Positions 41,760 through 51,344 of a stretch of DNA of 64,000 bases are shown here, one piece after another; within the stretch, counting starts at the first letter, position 1, and each line of letters opens with the position of its first letter. The stretch is from a bacterium. GTDB lineage: Bacteria > SM23-31. Both the position numbers and the translations under genes were made by a program. The notes under the pieces were generated by a model, which saw only the letters and a program-made list of their open reading frames with translations, was not told the origin of the DNA and did no database searches. Location: NCBI GenBank assembly GCA_965249485.1, contig OZ252239.1, forward strand, positions 1,922,445 to 1,986,444, written 5' to 3'.

Positions 41760-43328
41760 TTAGATATCTCCAAAAAGACGGTGTAGTGCTGCGGTTATGC
41801 CGGGAACTGTCGGTGCATACACTCCGATTGCAGAGTTGTCAGGGATAATGAATCGGTCATGAGGATTCCTGAGCATAATGAGAATTAATAGTTTCGAACT
41901 TTGTGCAAGTTGTGTGACAAATGCAGATTGCTGTTCATCCAGATGTGCATTATAACTAAACATGATAGTATAGTCAGAGCCGGAAGTACGATTTATGATA
42001 TCATGCATCTCATCCTGGTTTGACTGAAGAGAGTATTTATAAACATGTGCTTGTTTACAGTATCTTGCAAGTACATTCACTACTGTCTCTTCCGAGTTCT
42101 TTGCTGACGATTTGAGTTCTTCGACTTGTGTTAATTCTGTCAGACGGGGAATAACTGCGGATACGATAGAATTCGTATCCAATCGGAGCGGTATATTATT
42201 CTGCTCATCAAAAACGGTTATCGATTGTGTTACGATATCATGAGCGATATGTTTGTTTTCTTCAACAACATCGACAATATCTTCCTTGAAAAAGAGGTGA
42301 AACTTCTCTGAAAACCTTTGTTTGAGTGAAAAGATCCTCGCGATACTTTCATCAATTCTTGCTTCGGAAAGTGAGCCGTTTCTTACTGCGTTCAGAAGTG
42401 CCGAAATTGTTTTTCTCTGTCGGTCACGGTCACTGCACACTGTGAGAAGATCAGCACCTGCCTGTATGGCAGCAATAATAGAATCTTCAAATTCCATACT
42501 GATTGTTGCGCCGCCCATTTCAAGATCGTCAGTAATAATGACGCCCTTAAAACCGAGTTGTTTTCGCAAATATCCGGAATAAACCGTAGGATTGAAAGTT
42601 GCCGGAAGCGGAAGAATATTCGAGTCGAATGCGGAAAATCCCGCATGAGAAGTCATGACGCAGTCGACTCCATTTACGACTGCGGTTTTGAATGGCATAA
42701 TATCGCTAGATTCAAGTTCATGTAGGGATTTGTCAATTATCGGCATTTCGATGTGGGTATCAAAGAGAGCCGAACCGATACCGGGGAAATGTTTTGCGCA
42801 GGCAAAAACCGATTCAGACTGCAATCCGTGGATAAGTTCAGATCCGAATTGAGAAACAACTTCAGCCGAATCACCAAACGACCTAACACCAATACCGGGA
42901 TTATCAGGAACCGTAATATCGAGAACTGGAGCGAGGTTGAGGTTTACTCCAAGCGCACGTAGTTCTCGTCCGATAATAGAACCGTAAATTCTTGCATTTT
43001 TCGGTTTGCCTGTTGCAGCAACTGCCATATTCCCGGGAAGAATCGTTGCTCCTTTGTCGATACGTGTTACGACTCCGCCTTCCTGGTCGATGGCAATAAA
43101 AGGTGGTACATCAATTATTTCATAGAGAGATCGGCACAGATTGCGAAGACCATGCGCATCATTAATATTTCTGGCAAACAGGATTACATTTCCAATGTGA
43201 TGATCGCGGAAAAATTTTTCAAGTTCCTGAGTCACCTGTTTACCATGAAATCCGAACAAACATACTTGTCCGATTTTTTGTTCAATCGTGAGAGAATTGT
43301 GGGAAGGGAGAGGCTGAATTTTATACAT
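41760..43328 (-). CDS. GH3 beta-N-acetylhexosaminidase (NagZ-like) with a C-terminal domain
   Basis: GH3 N-domain with a KHFPGIG motif; 522 aa. Confidence 0.75.
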   Translation of the reverse strand: MYKIQPLPSHNSLTIEQKIGQVCLFGFHGKQVTQELEKFFRDHHIGNVILFARNINDAHGLRNLCRSLYEIIDVPPFIAIDQEGGVVTRIDKGATILPGNMAVAATGKPKNARIYGSIIGRELRALGVNLNLAPVLDITVPDNPGIGVRSFGDSAEVVSQFGSELIHGLQSESVFACAKHFPGIGSALFDTHIEMPIIDKSLHELESSDIMPFKTAVVNGVDCVMTSHAGFSAFDSNILPLPATFNPTVYSGYLRKQLGFKGVIITDDLEMGGATISMEFEDSIIAAIQAGADLLTVCSDRDRQRKTISALLNAVRNGSLSEARIDESIARIFSLKQRFSEKFHLFFKEDIVDVVEENKHIAHDIVTQSITVFDEQNNIPLRLDTNSIVSAVIPRLTELTQVEELKSSAKNSEETVVNVLARYCKQAHVYKYSLQSNQDEMHDIINRTSGSDYTIMFSYNAHLDEQQSAFVTQLAQSSKLLILIMLRNPHDRFIIPDNSAIGVYAPTVPGITAALHRLFGDI

Positions 43329-43446
43329 GGTTTGCGATTTTGAGCTTTTACGGAACTAAAGAAATTATATTGTAGTTGAAAATTGAGTGAAAAATAGTTA
43401 TATTCTTTATTCTATCGCTTTTTGCCAATAAAACGATACAAACGAT

Positions 43447-43758
43447 ATGCCAACATACGGTTATAGATGCACGAGCTGTGGACACGAGTTTGAAGAGTTC
43501 CAGAGCATTAAGGACAATCCGGTCAAAGATTGTCCTATATGTAATGCTCGTGTCAAACGAATTATAAACGGTGGTGCCGGATTGATTTTTAAAGGTTCCG
43601 GATTTTATATAACCGATTATAAAAACGGCTCGAATGGTAACGGGAAAAAGCCGATAGAGCCTACCCCAAAAAAAGACAATAACAACAAAAACGACTCGTC
43701 AAAAGATAAAAAGTCAGATTCATCAAAGCCAGAATCTGATTCTCCAAAAAAATCTTAA
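43447..43758 (+). CDS. FmdB-family zinc-ribbon protein with a Lys/Asp/Ser-rich tail
   Basis: Zinc-ribbon motif CTSCGHEFE...CPICN, then a low-complexity tail. Confidence 0.7.
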   Translation: MPTYGYRCTSCGHEFEEFQSIKDNPVKDCPICNARVKRIINGGAGLIFKGSGFYITDYKNGSNGNGKKPIEPTPKKDNNNKNDSSKDKKSDSSKPESDSPKKS

Positions 43759-43782
43759 TTCAATTTATACCCTATCTCAATA

Positions 43783-45138
43783 TTATGTATCTTTAGCTTT
43801 GTCTTCAGGATTGATGCCTCTTTTTTTATCAATCTGAGATAACCTGTTTTTTATTTGCTTCTCATAACCACTTTCCCCCGGATTAAAATAGCGTGATCCT
43901 CTCAGTTCTTCCGGCAGGTAGTCCTGCTCAACAAAGTTTCCCGAATAGTCGTACGGATACTTATACCCCTTTCCATAGCCTTCCGATGTCATGAACGCAG
44001 TTGGAGCGTTTCTCAGATGGAGTGGAACAGACGCATTCGGATGTTCTTTGAGCGCTTTTTTTGCTGCCGAGCGCGCGCGTATAACCGTATTACTTTTATC
44101 TGTTGCAGCCAGATAGGTTGCTGTTTGCATTAAAATTATCTGCGCTTCCGGCATGCCGATATAATCAATTGCTGAAAATGTAGCGGTTGCGAGCGGCAAG
44201 GCTGCAGGGTCGGCATTACCAACATCTTCGGAAGCAAGAATAACCATTCGTCGTGCGATAAATTTCGGATCTTCACCGCCGTCAAGCATCCGAACGAGCC
44301 AGTATGCGGCAGCATCCGGATCGCTTCATCGGATCGATTTTATAAATGCTGAAATGATGTCGTAGTGGTATTCTCCCTGTTTGTCATATAGAAGCGTTTT
44401 TCTCTGGAGAACATGTTCGATGTCTCGTTTCTGCACCGTTCTAATACCGTTTGCATTCGGAGAAACGAGCTGAATAGCTGCTTCTAATGCATTCAGCATA
44501 ATTCTTGCGTCAGAGCTCGAAAGAGAAATAAGAGAGATTCGCACTTCATTCGAAATATCCGGGTTGAGATTTTTGATGATTTCATCATAGGTCAATGCTC
44601 TGTTAAGCAGCAAGAGTAAATCGTCATCGTTAAGGGGTTTTAATGTAAATACTCTGCATCGCGACAGTAATGAAAAAATGACCTCGAAAGAAGGATTCTC
44701 TGTTGTTGCGCCGATGAGGAGCAGTTTGCCTTCTTCCACACTTTGCAGCAGTACATCTTGCTGCGCTTTGTTGAATCGGTGAATTTCGTCGATAAAGAGG
44801 ATTGTATTCTTCTGAATTTTCAGATTGTACCCGGCTTTTTCAATAATTCCTTTGACATCTTTGACACCGGCTGTCACAGCGCTTATCTGGTGAAATTCCG
44901 CATCCGATTCGGCAGCAACAATTCTGGCAAGTGTCGTTTTCCCACAACCGGGCGGCCCCCAAAAAATCATCGAGCCGATTGATCGATTTTCAATTTGACG
45001 GGCGAGAACGCTATCTGGTCCGACAAGATGTTCCTGCCCGAAAAAATCCTCTAAAACAGCCGGTCTCATCCGTTCAGCTAAGGGAGCGGATAGATTCATC
45101 GATTGTTTGTTTCCATGTTGTCTTTCAAATAAATCCAT
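43783..45138 (-). pseudogene. rarA: Replication-associated recombination protein A (RarA/MgsA), interrupted by an in-frame TGA at a conserved glycine codon
   Basis: Walker A motif WGPPGCGKTTLAR and the MgsA C-domain. The sequence KSIR[TGA]SDPDAAAYW aligns with the conserved KSIRGSDPDAALYW; the TGA is at 44326-44328 and the frame is unchanged. Confidence 0.75.
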
Positions 45139-45168
45139 AAATGTTTCGGTTTGAAAATATGCGATATG

Positions 45169-45513
45169 TTAACCAGGAGGCCATTGCATTGGGCGTCCCC
45201 CAAGTAGGTGAAAATGGACATGAAAAACAGATTGACCGCTTTCACTGCCACAATTAGTGACAATTCTGTATCCTTTATTCAGCTCTTGGATGTTTTGAGC
45301 CATTGATTTTATCTTGACAAGGAGAGAACCGATAAGCTGTGTATCATTTTTAGTCAAATCATTGTGGGTGGCAATATGTTTTCGGGGGATAACAAGAACA
45401 TGGACAGGCGCTTGCGGATTGATATCGTTAAAGGCTACAATCTCGTCATCCTGGTACACAATATCACCTGGAATATCACCGGATACGATCTTACAAAAAA
45501 GGCAGTCACTCAT
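45169..45513 (-). CDS. HIT-family (histidine triad) hydrolase
   Basis: 114-aa ORF with the HVHFHLLGG motif. Confidence 0.8.
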   Translation of the reverse strand: MSDCLFCKIVSGDIPGDIVYQDDEIVAFNDINPQAPVHVLVIPRKHIATHNDLTKNDTQLIGSLLVKIKSMAQNIQELNKGYRIVTNCGSESGQSVFHVHFHLLGGRPMQWPPG

Positions 45514-45636
45514 ATTTGTATCCTCCGCGATTCAAATAATGTAGTACGAGATTTGAATAATAAGGTTTTGATGGAGTATAATGTAGGAATTTGCTCTCAG
45601 AAATTCAAAGAGATTTTTCTCGAAGAAGTATCCCGC

Positions 45637-46312
45637 TTATTGTTCATTGAGCATTAGAAACGATAAGGCGGCGATGCCTGCTGTGTCTGAACGGAGCCGT
45701 CTGGGACCGAGCGAGACCGATTGAAAGGAGGTATTTTGTGCTTTAAGAAGCTCGTCAGTTGTAAAATCTCCCTCGGGACCCACAGCGAGTGTATACGTTT
45801 TTGCCCGAAACGAATCTGATTCACCTTGACAATAATTAGCAAGCGTGCGTTTACCATTTTTATGGAGTAGCAGTTTTTCAGCTTGCTTCATTCTCGTTTC
45901 CTGTACAGCATACTCAAATGCATCATTCACCTCCATGATTTCGGTAACTGTCGGTAATAAAGACCGGCCGGATTGTTTCATAGCAGATTTTGCAATGGTT
46001 TGCCACCGTTTGATTTTATTGCTGTTTCCGGTCACCTTTGAGTAAAGCTTGTATGAGAATAATCGAGTTGAGCGGTTCATTCGGCTTCCTGCGGATTTTG
46101 ATAATGATACATATGACTTCCCTGTCTTTGACAATATCATGAATTGTTCCAAGATATTCATTGCCCAGACCGTCAACCGCCGCTACAATGGTTCCAGCAG
46201 ACATCCGAAGTACATGTACCGCATGATGATATTCCTCACCGGTCAGTGAAAACGATTCATTGCTGACATTCTACTGTTCAACAATAAAATATTGAATGTT
46301 ATCGTAATCCAT
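45637..46312 (-). pseudogene. rsmE: 16S rRNA (uracil1498-N3)-methyltransferase RsmE-like gene, disrupted by an in-frame TAG, a second stop or frameshift, and apparent loss of ~35 codons
   Basis: MDYDNIQYFIVEQ[TAG at 46271-46273]NVSNESFSLTGEEYHHAVHVLR..LKGDRKQQ[TAA at 46016-46018], then the +1 frame continues KIKRWQTIAKSAMKQSGR...AVGPEGDFT...LGPRRLRSDTAGIA. The segment that normally contains ATELGV is missing. Confidence 0.6.
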
Positions 46313-46328
46313 GATTTCTTATTTGCTC

Positions 46329-47555
46329 TTACAGATTTTGGAACAACCTGAATCGAAACGTAATATTCCACGGTTCTAACCCGGTATCGAACCGCCGTCC
46401 CACATTTATCGCGAATACACCATCCATTATATAGAGCGAAACTCCTGCACCTGAACGGAAATCACCGAATGAACTTCCTGTTTCCTGTTGCAAATACTCA
46501 GGTTTATCGGTTTCCAATATTTTTTTCTCGTCGTCCGAGAACCAGGCAAGTCCGGCATCGAAATAGACACCCGTTGTCAGGTTTGAGTAAAACGGCAGGA
46601 ACTGCAGTGGGATTCGTTGGAGAAGATTACCATTGAAGAGGTAATTGCCTTCAAAGACAATCTGCCGTGTACCGGTAAATTCCTTAAATTCGTATGCACG
46701 CACTGTTCCGAATCCACCGATATCGAACAGATACTGCTCATCAAGCGTTCCATCCCGGAACCCGCCGCGCAACCCCGTAGTCAGTGTCTGGTCGCCGAAG
46801 CTGAGCTGCATTCGGCGTACGGAAAAATGGACACCAGTAAAAGTGAAATCGTTCAATTCCTGCTCAAGGGTTGTCTCGAATTGCCAATAATTCGATTCGA
46901 TAAAAATTTCCCCGCGTGTACTATAGTGAATCGATGCGGCAATGAGCAATTCATTCTTCTCGGTGATCGGAGGATTATCCCAATATATCTCGTCTTGAAA
47001 AAACAGGCTCCAGGGTTCGGTGTTGTGCATCGAATTATATTTTCTGTATCCGACATTTGCAGAAATCCGATAGTATTCGTTCAGTTTGTTAGTATAGTTT
47101 CCTTCAACACCCCGAACCCGAAAATAATCTCGGTAATCTTTTCGTAATAATGCAGTCGACAGTATATTTTCAACATGAGAGAGAACCCAGGAGTCATTTG
47201 ACCGTGTTTCATCAAATACAGTTGCAGATAGTGTCTGTGTTTGCAGTAAATCGAATGAGTGAGAAAGTGTTGCAGCATAATTCCAATCTTTTGAATTAAA
47301 ACCGTAACCTGTACGACCTTTGAGAGATGTTCCCGGAAATTTCCCATGAGATACACTCAACTGTGTTCCCAGAAACGCACCTTCAACACGGTTATAATCA
47401 ATATAATTGAATAAAGAAGGTGTGAATGTTAAACCTTCATCGGTATTAAAATTTTGACCGTATGCAACTTGTATTTTAGTTGAAAAAATACTCACGCTAA
47501 GTATCAGAAAAAAAACCGGACTGGAAATTCTCACAATGAATGCCTTAATATTCAA
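46329..47555 (-). CDS. Outer-membrane beta-barrel protein of unknown function
   Basis: Signal peptide, then an alternating hydrophobic beta-strand pattern with aromatic-rich strands; 408 aa. Confidence 0.5.
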   Translation of the reverse strand: MNIKAFIVRISSPVFFLILSVSIFSTKIQVAYGQNFNTDEGLTFTPSLFNYIDYNRVEGAFLGTQLSVSHGKFPGTSLKGRTGYGFNSKDWNYAATLSHSFDLLQTQTLSATVFDETRSNDSWVLSHVENILSTALLRKDYRDYFRVRGVEGNYTNKLNEYYRISANVGYRKYNSMHNTEPWSLFFQDEIYWDNPPITEKNELLIAASIHYSTRGEIFIESNYWQFETTLEQELNDFTFTGVHFSVRRMQLSFGDQTLTTGLRGGFRDGTLDEQYLFDIGGFGTVRAYEFKEFTGTRQIVFEGNYLFNGNLLQRIPLQFLPFYSNLTTGVYFDAGLAWFSDDEKKILETDKPEYLQQETGSSFGDFRSGAGVSLYIMDGVFAINVGRRFDTGLEPWNITFRFRLFQNL

Positions 47556-48007
47556 TGAATCTTTTTTCGCTTTAATAGTTAGTATATCTGAATTCTACTC
47601 AAACCTGATGTCCGTACGCAGTATATAAGGTAACAAGTATACTATATTTAATACAATTTTTCAATCTCTAAAATCGCATAATATTGTTTTGTTCCGGGTA
47701 AAATATTATGAGCGAATCAAGTATTTATTGTTCTATCATTGCATGATAAAAATAAAAGTGTTATGCTACATGCAAAAGTGGTATTGTGTGTTAAAAAATA
47801 TAAATTCCTTGATTATTTTTACTATTTATTGTCATCTGATTTCAACCGAATGAATCCCCTAATCGCACCACTTACTTTTGTTTGACTGCACTATTTTTGT
47901 AATTACTTGTGCATAAAATAATAATATCATTTATCGATGTAATTGTGTGTTGAGATATTATTCTTAAAGAATAGACATTGAAATTTGCAATCAAAGGAGG
48001 AGACTTT

Positions 48008-48052
48008 ATGAATCGCATTATTACTTCAATATTTATGTCTTTTATAGTGTAA
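48008..48052 (+). other. Candidate 14-codon hydrophobic small ORF (MNRIITSIFMSFIV) with a consensus SD
   Basis: AAAGGAGGAG lies 5 nt upstream of the ATG, inside a 720-bp AT-rich gap that otherwise has no coding sequence. Confidence 0.3.
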
Positions 48053-48274
48053 TTATTACATATAATCTCATTGAATTTATTCTAAGCAACCTTGGAATAG
48101 TCGTTTGGGATCCTTTGGAGTGGTGGATGAATAAGATTTTTGAGATGAATTGAACAAAGAAATTGGAGAGTATACTTTATAATGTTCTGATACGCAAAGA
48201 AAAACCGTTGGACTTTTTCGAAAAATAAAGTACATTGTCGCCAATAATCGATATGGAAACGGAGAACTTGTAAA

Positions 48275-48601
48275 ATGGGAACACAAAGTCAGATCAATGT
48301 TGAACTCGGTGAAAAGGAAGCAGAAGGAATTTATTCAAATTTAGCGCTCATTTCGCATTCAGGTGCAGAGTTTGTAATCGACTTTACACGTGTCCTGCCC
48401 GGTATCCCGAAAACGCGTATATATGCCCGTATTATTATGACACCACAGCATGCCAAATCGTTGAGAAGCGCTCTGCAGGACAACATTGAGAAATATGAAA
48501 AACAATTCGGCGAAATCAAGGTCCATAATCAGCATCAGGATTCTCATTATGGATTTCAGATACCTGCACAAGACAAATCGGGAAAGAAAGATAAAGATTA
48601 G
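48275..48601 (+). CDS. DUF3467-family protein
   Basis: 108-aa ORF with the central motif EFVIDFTRVLPG...ARIIMTPQHAKSL. Confidence 0.55.
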   Translation: MGTQSQINVELGEKEAEGIYSNLALISHSGAEFVIDFTRVLPGIPKTRIYARIIMTPQHAKSLRSALQDNIEKYEKQFGEIKVHNQHQDSHYGFQIPAQDKSGKKDKD

Positions 48602-48627
48602 TGAGTGATTAAAAGGGCGAGGTACTT

Positions 48628-48981
48628 ATGCTTCAAAATATTAGCTTCTGTAATTGTTGTAAATTGGATGTTGACGAAGCACGCGAATCACAATGTATGT
48701 TTTTCGGTTTTACTGACCGTGCAAAAAGAGTTTTGAGTGACGATTTTTTATTTCAAATCACAGAAGGCGAACCGTTTGAGGACGCTGATAAGTCAGGCAT
48801 TCCACTCACCATAGAAGGCGAAGAAAACGGTAAGCGGATTTTTATTAATCAGGTCGATGAAAACACTTACAGAATTCCTACCCGGTTTATCGAGCCGTTT
48901 GTCCGGTGCTTATTCAAATATTTACCTGCCTTTTATATTCCGTATAACGATATGAAAAAAGATTATTACTGCAATATGTAA
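48628..48981 (+). CDS. Hypothetical protein
   Basis: 117-aa ORF that is co-directional with the DUF3467 gene 26 nt upstream and has reasonable codon usage. Confidence 0.4.
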   Translation: MLQNISFCNCCKLDVDEARESQCMFFGFTDRAKRVLSDDFLFQITEGEPFEDADKSGIPLTIEGEENGKRIFINQVDENTYRIPTRFIEPFVRCLFKYLPAFYIPYNDMKKDYYCNM

Positions 48982-48999
48982 GACAGCAGGGAGCTTTGC

Positions 49000-49962
49000 A
49001 TGAAATATCTGATCGGTATTGATGGTGGCGGTTCGCAAACCAGGGCAGTCGCGGTCGATTATACCGGTTATGTCGCAGCTTCATCTATTACCGGACCGAC
49101 GCACTTACAATTTTCAGACACAATTCAATCACACAGCGTTCTTAATTCTCTTCTGTCTGAACTTATTAAACAGGCAGGAACGAATCTCGATGCTGTAGCG
49201 TATCTTGTGGCCGGATTTGCAGGAGCAGGCCGTCAGCCGGTTATTGACAATGCTATGTCTATTCTCGAAGATATCGGATTTCATGGAAATTGCTCGGTTG
49301 TGACGGATCTCGACATCGCATTGCACGGTGCATTTGCGGGAGAGCCGGGTATTGTTGTAAATGCGGGAACAGGATCGGGCGCAATATGCCGCGACAACTC
49401 CGGTACGATATCCCGGTGTGGTGGTTGGGGTTACATTATCGGTGATGAAGGCTCTGCATACCATATGGCACGATTGGCGATTCAGGCAGTTTTCAGAAGC
49501 TGCGACGGAATTATTCAAAATACCCTACTGACTGAACAGGTGTGCAGTGAGTTCTACCTGAATTCTCCCGATGATCTCATCACGGTACTTTATTCGGGTA
49601 AATTAACCCGTGTCGAAATCGCTGCATTTGCGCCCCGTGTATTCGATGCCGCTAAGAATGGTGATTATGTTGCGCAAAATATTGTAAAGGAGTGCGGATC
49701 GGCTCTTCGTACTCTCATCAAAACATTATTGAAAAGTGCAGATTTTAGTGGAAATCCAGTACCGGTCTGCTGCACAGGAGGAATGTTTGAAAACAGTGAT
49801 ATGCTGCTCAACCATATTCTTAATGAGGATATAGGCAATATCACGATAGTTAAGCCTCGGTTTTCACCAATCTCCGGAGCTGTTTTACTGGCGTTTGAGC
49901 ACGTTGCAGTAAACGTTGATGCATCAATAGCAGAGAATGTGCAAAATATACCTGTTCTATAA
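49000..49962 (+). CDS. BadF/BadG/BcrA/BcrD-type ATPase (N-acetylglucosamine kinase-like)
   Basis: N-terminus YLIGIDGGGSQTRAV is the ASKHA phosphate-1 motif; 320 aa. Confidence 0.7.
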   Translation: MKYLIGIDGGGSQTRAVAVDYTGYVAASSITGPTHLQFSDTIQSHSVLNSLLSELIKQAGTNLDAVAYLVAGFAGAGRQPVIDNAMSILEDIGFHGNCSVVTDLDIALHGAFAGEPGIVVNAGTGSGAICRDNSGTISRCGGWGYIIGDEGSAYHMARLAIQAVFRSCDGIIQNTLLTEQVCSEFYLNSPDDLITVLYSGKLTRVEIAAFAPRVFDAAKNGDYVAQNIVKECGSALRTLIKTLLKSADFSGNPVPVCCTGGMFENSDMLLNHILNEDIGNITIVKPRFSPISGAVLLAFEHVAVNVDASIAENVQNIPVL

Positions 49963-49986
49963 CATGTAATTCACTTCGCGGAACCA

Positions 49987-51174
49987 ATGGCAAATCTGCT
50001 CAACTCTCTTCATGCAAAAAAAATAAAATTATGTGTCGGTATCATGTCAGGTACGTCGCTTGACGGGATTGATGTCGCACTAGTAAAGATTTTCGGTTCA
50101 GGAATAAAAACGACAATTTCTGTACTTGATTGGAATACCTATGCATATCCGACCGGACTCAAATTACGGATACAGACCGCGGTAAACCAAAACTGCATAA
50201 AATTATCAGAGCTTTCACAGCTTAATGTTCTACTCGGTGAGCTTTATGCTCAGACTGTCCTGAAGCTACTGAAAAAGAACAAACTCGACTCTCATAAGGT
50301 TGATCTGATAGGCTGTCATGGCCAGACAGTTTGGCACAATCCGAAACCCGAAATTCTATTTGGGAAGCCTGTACGATCAACACTCCAACTTGGGGAATCA
50401 TCGGTTATTCAGGCGCGAACCGGAATCGTGACAATTTCCGATTTTCGCTCGAAGGATGTTGCTCTCGGTGGGGAAGGAGCTCCGCTTATGCCTTATTTCG
50501 ATTATATTTTCTTCAGGTCAAACCGGGAAAACAGAGGTGTGCTGAATATCGGCGGTATTGCGAACATAACGATAATTCCTCGAAATGCTTCTTTAGCGGA
50601 TATTTCCGGTTTTGATACGGGTCCGGGTAACATGATTATCGATCAGCTGATGGGTCATTATTTTGGAAAACCGTTTGACAGCAACGGTCGGATAGCTCGA
50701 AAAGAGCATCCTGACACCGTGTTGTTGTCGAAATTGATGCGCTATTCGTTGATAAAGAAATCACCACCGAAATCCTCCGGGCGTGAGGACTTTGGCGCAT
50801 ATTACGTTCACCGAATAATAGAGTGGAGCAAAAAGCTGAAATTGAATCCGGAACAGGTTATTTCGACTGTAACGGAGTTTACCATCAAATCGATTATAAA
50901 AAACTATGAGCTTCACATTCAACCTCGGTATAATCTCGATAGAATTATCGTGAGTGGTGGAGGTATACACAACAGCGAACTTATGCGGCGGTTTCGCACT
51001 CAGTTATCCGGTAGTGTCATCGACTCATCAGATTCTTACGACATTCCGTCCGACGCTAAAGAGGCAACAGCATTCGCGTTTTTTGCCAATGAGACGATAT
51101 CAGGTAATCATGCTCACATCCCCGGAGTAACCGGAGCACAATCCACAGGGATCCTCGGAAAGATTGTAGTTTAG
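49987..51174 (+). CDS. anmK: Anhydro-N-acetylmuramic acid kinase
   Basis: N-terminus CVGIMSGTSLDGIDVALV and the AnmK-family architecture; 395 aa. Confidence 0.8.
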   Translation: MANLLNSLHAKKIKLCVGIMSGTSLDGIDVALVKIFGSGIKTTISVLDWNTYAYPTGLKLRIQTAVNQNCIKLSELSQLNVLLGELYAQTVLKLLKKNKLDSHKVDLIGCHGQTVWHNPKPEILFGKPVRSTLQLGESSVIQARTGIVTISDFRSKDVALGGEGAPLMPYFDYIFFRSNRENRGVLNIGGIANITIIPRNASLADISGFDTGPGNMIIDQLMGHYFGKPFDSNGRIARKEHPDTVLLSKLMRYSLIKKSPPKSSGREDFGAYYVHRIIEWSKKLKLNPEQVISTVTEFTIKSIIKNYELHIQPRYNLDRIIVSGGGIHNSELMRRFRTQLSGSVIDSSDSYDIPSDAKEATAFAFFANETISGNHAHIPGVTGAQSTGILGKIVV

Positions 51175-51344
51175 CTAAGAACAACAATTTAATTTAGGCA
51201 TTTATTTTTGTAATAATGGTACGGTGATTTAATGGGAGTCAGTTACGAAATGTTGTGAAACGAAGAGATTGCCCATTTTCCCAATAAAAAGGGACGCGGC
51301 AATCTCTGAATAATAAGATTAGGACAAAAACTCAGAAAAGTCTC

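Noticed and set aside
44326-44328. Selenocysteine incorporation at the rarA UGA codon.
   Set aside because: RarA is not a selenoprotein family and the aligned residue is glycine. No SECIS-like hairpin is apparent immediately downstream. The other interrupted genes use TAG and TAA.
46258-46275. An apparent start ATG-AAT-CGT-TTT-CAC-TGA (MNRFH*) that resembles the MxRFF start typical of RsmE.
   Set aside because: It is in a different frame from the conserved RsmE sequence. The in-frame upstream ATG at 46312 gives MDYDNIQYFIVEQ, which aligns better. The MNRFH match is coincidental.
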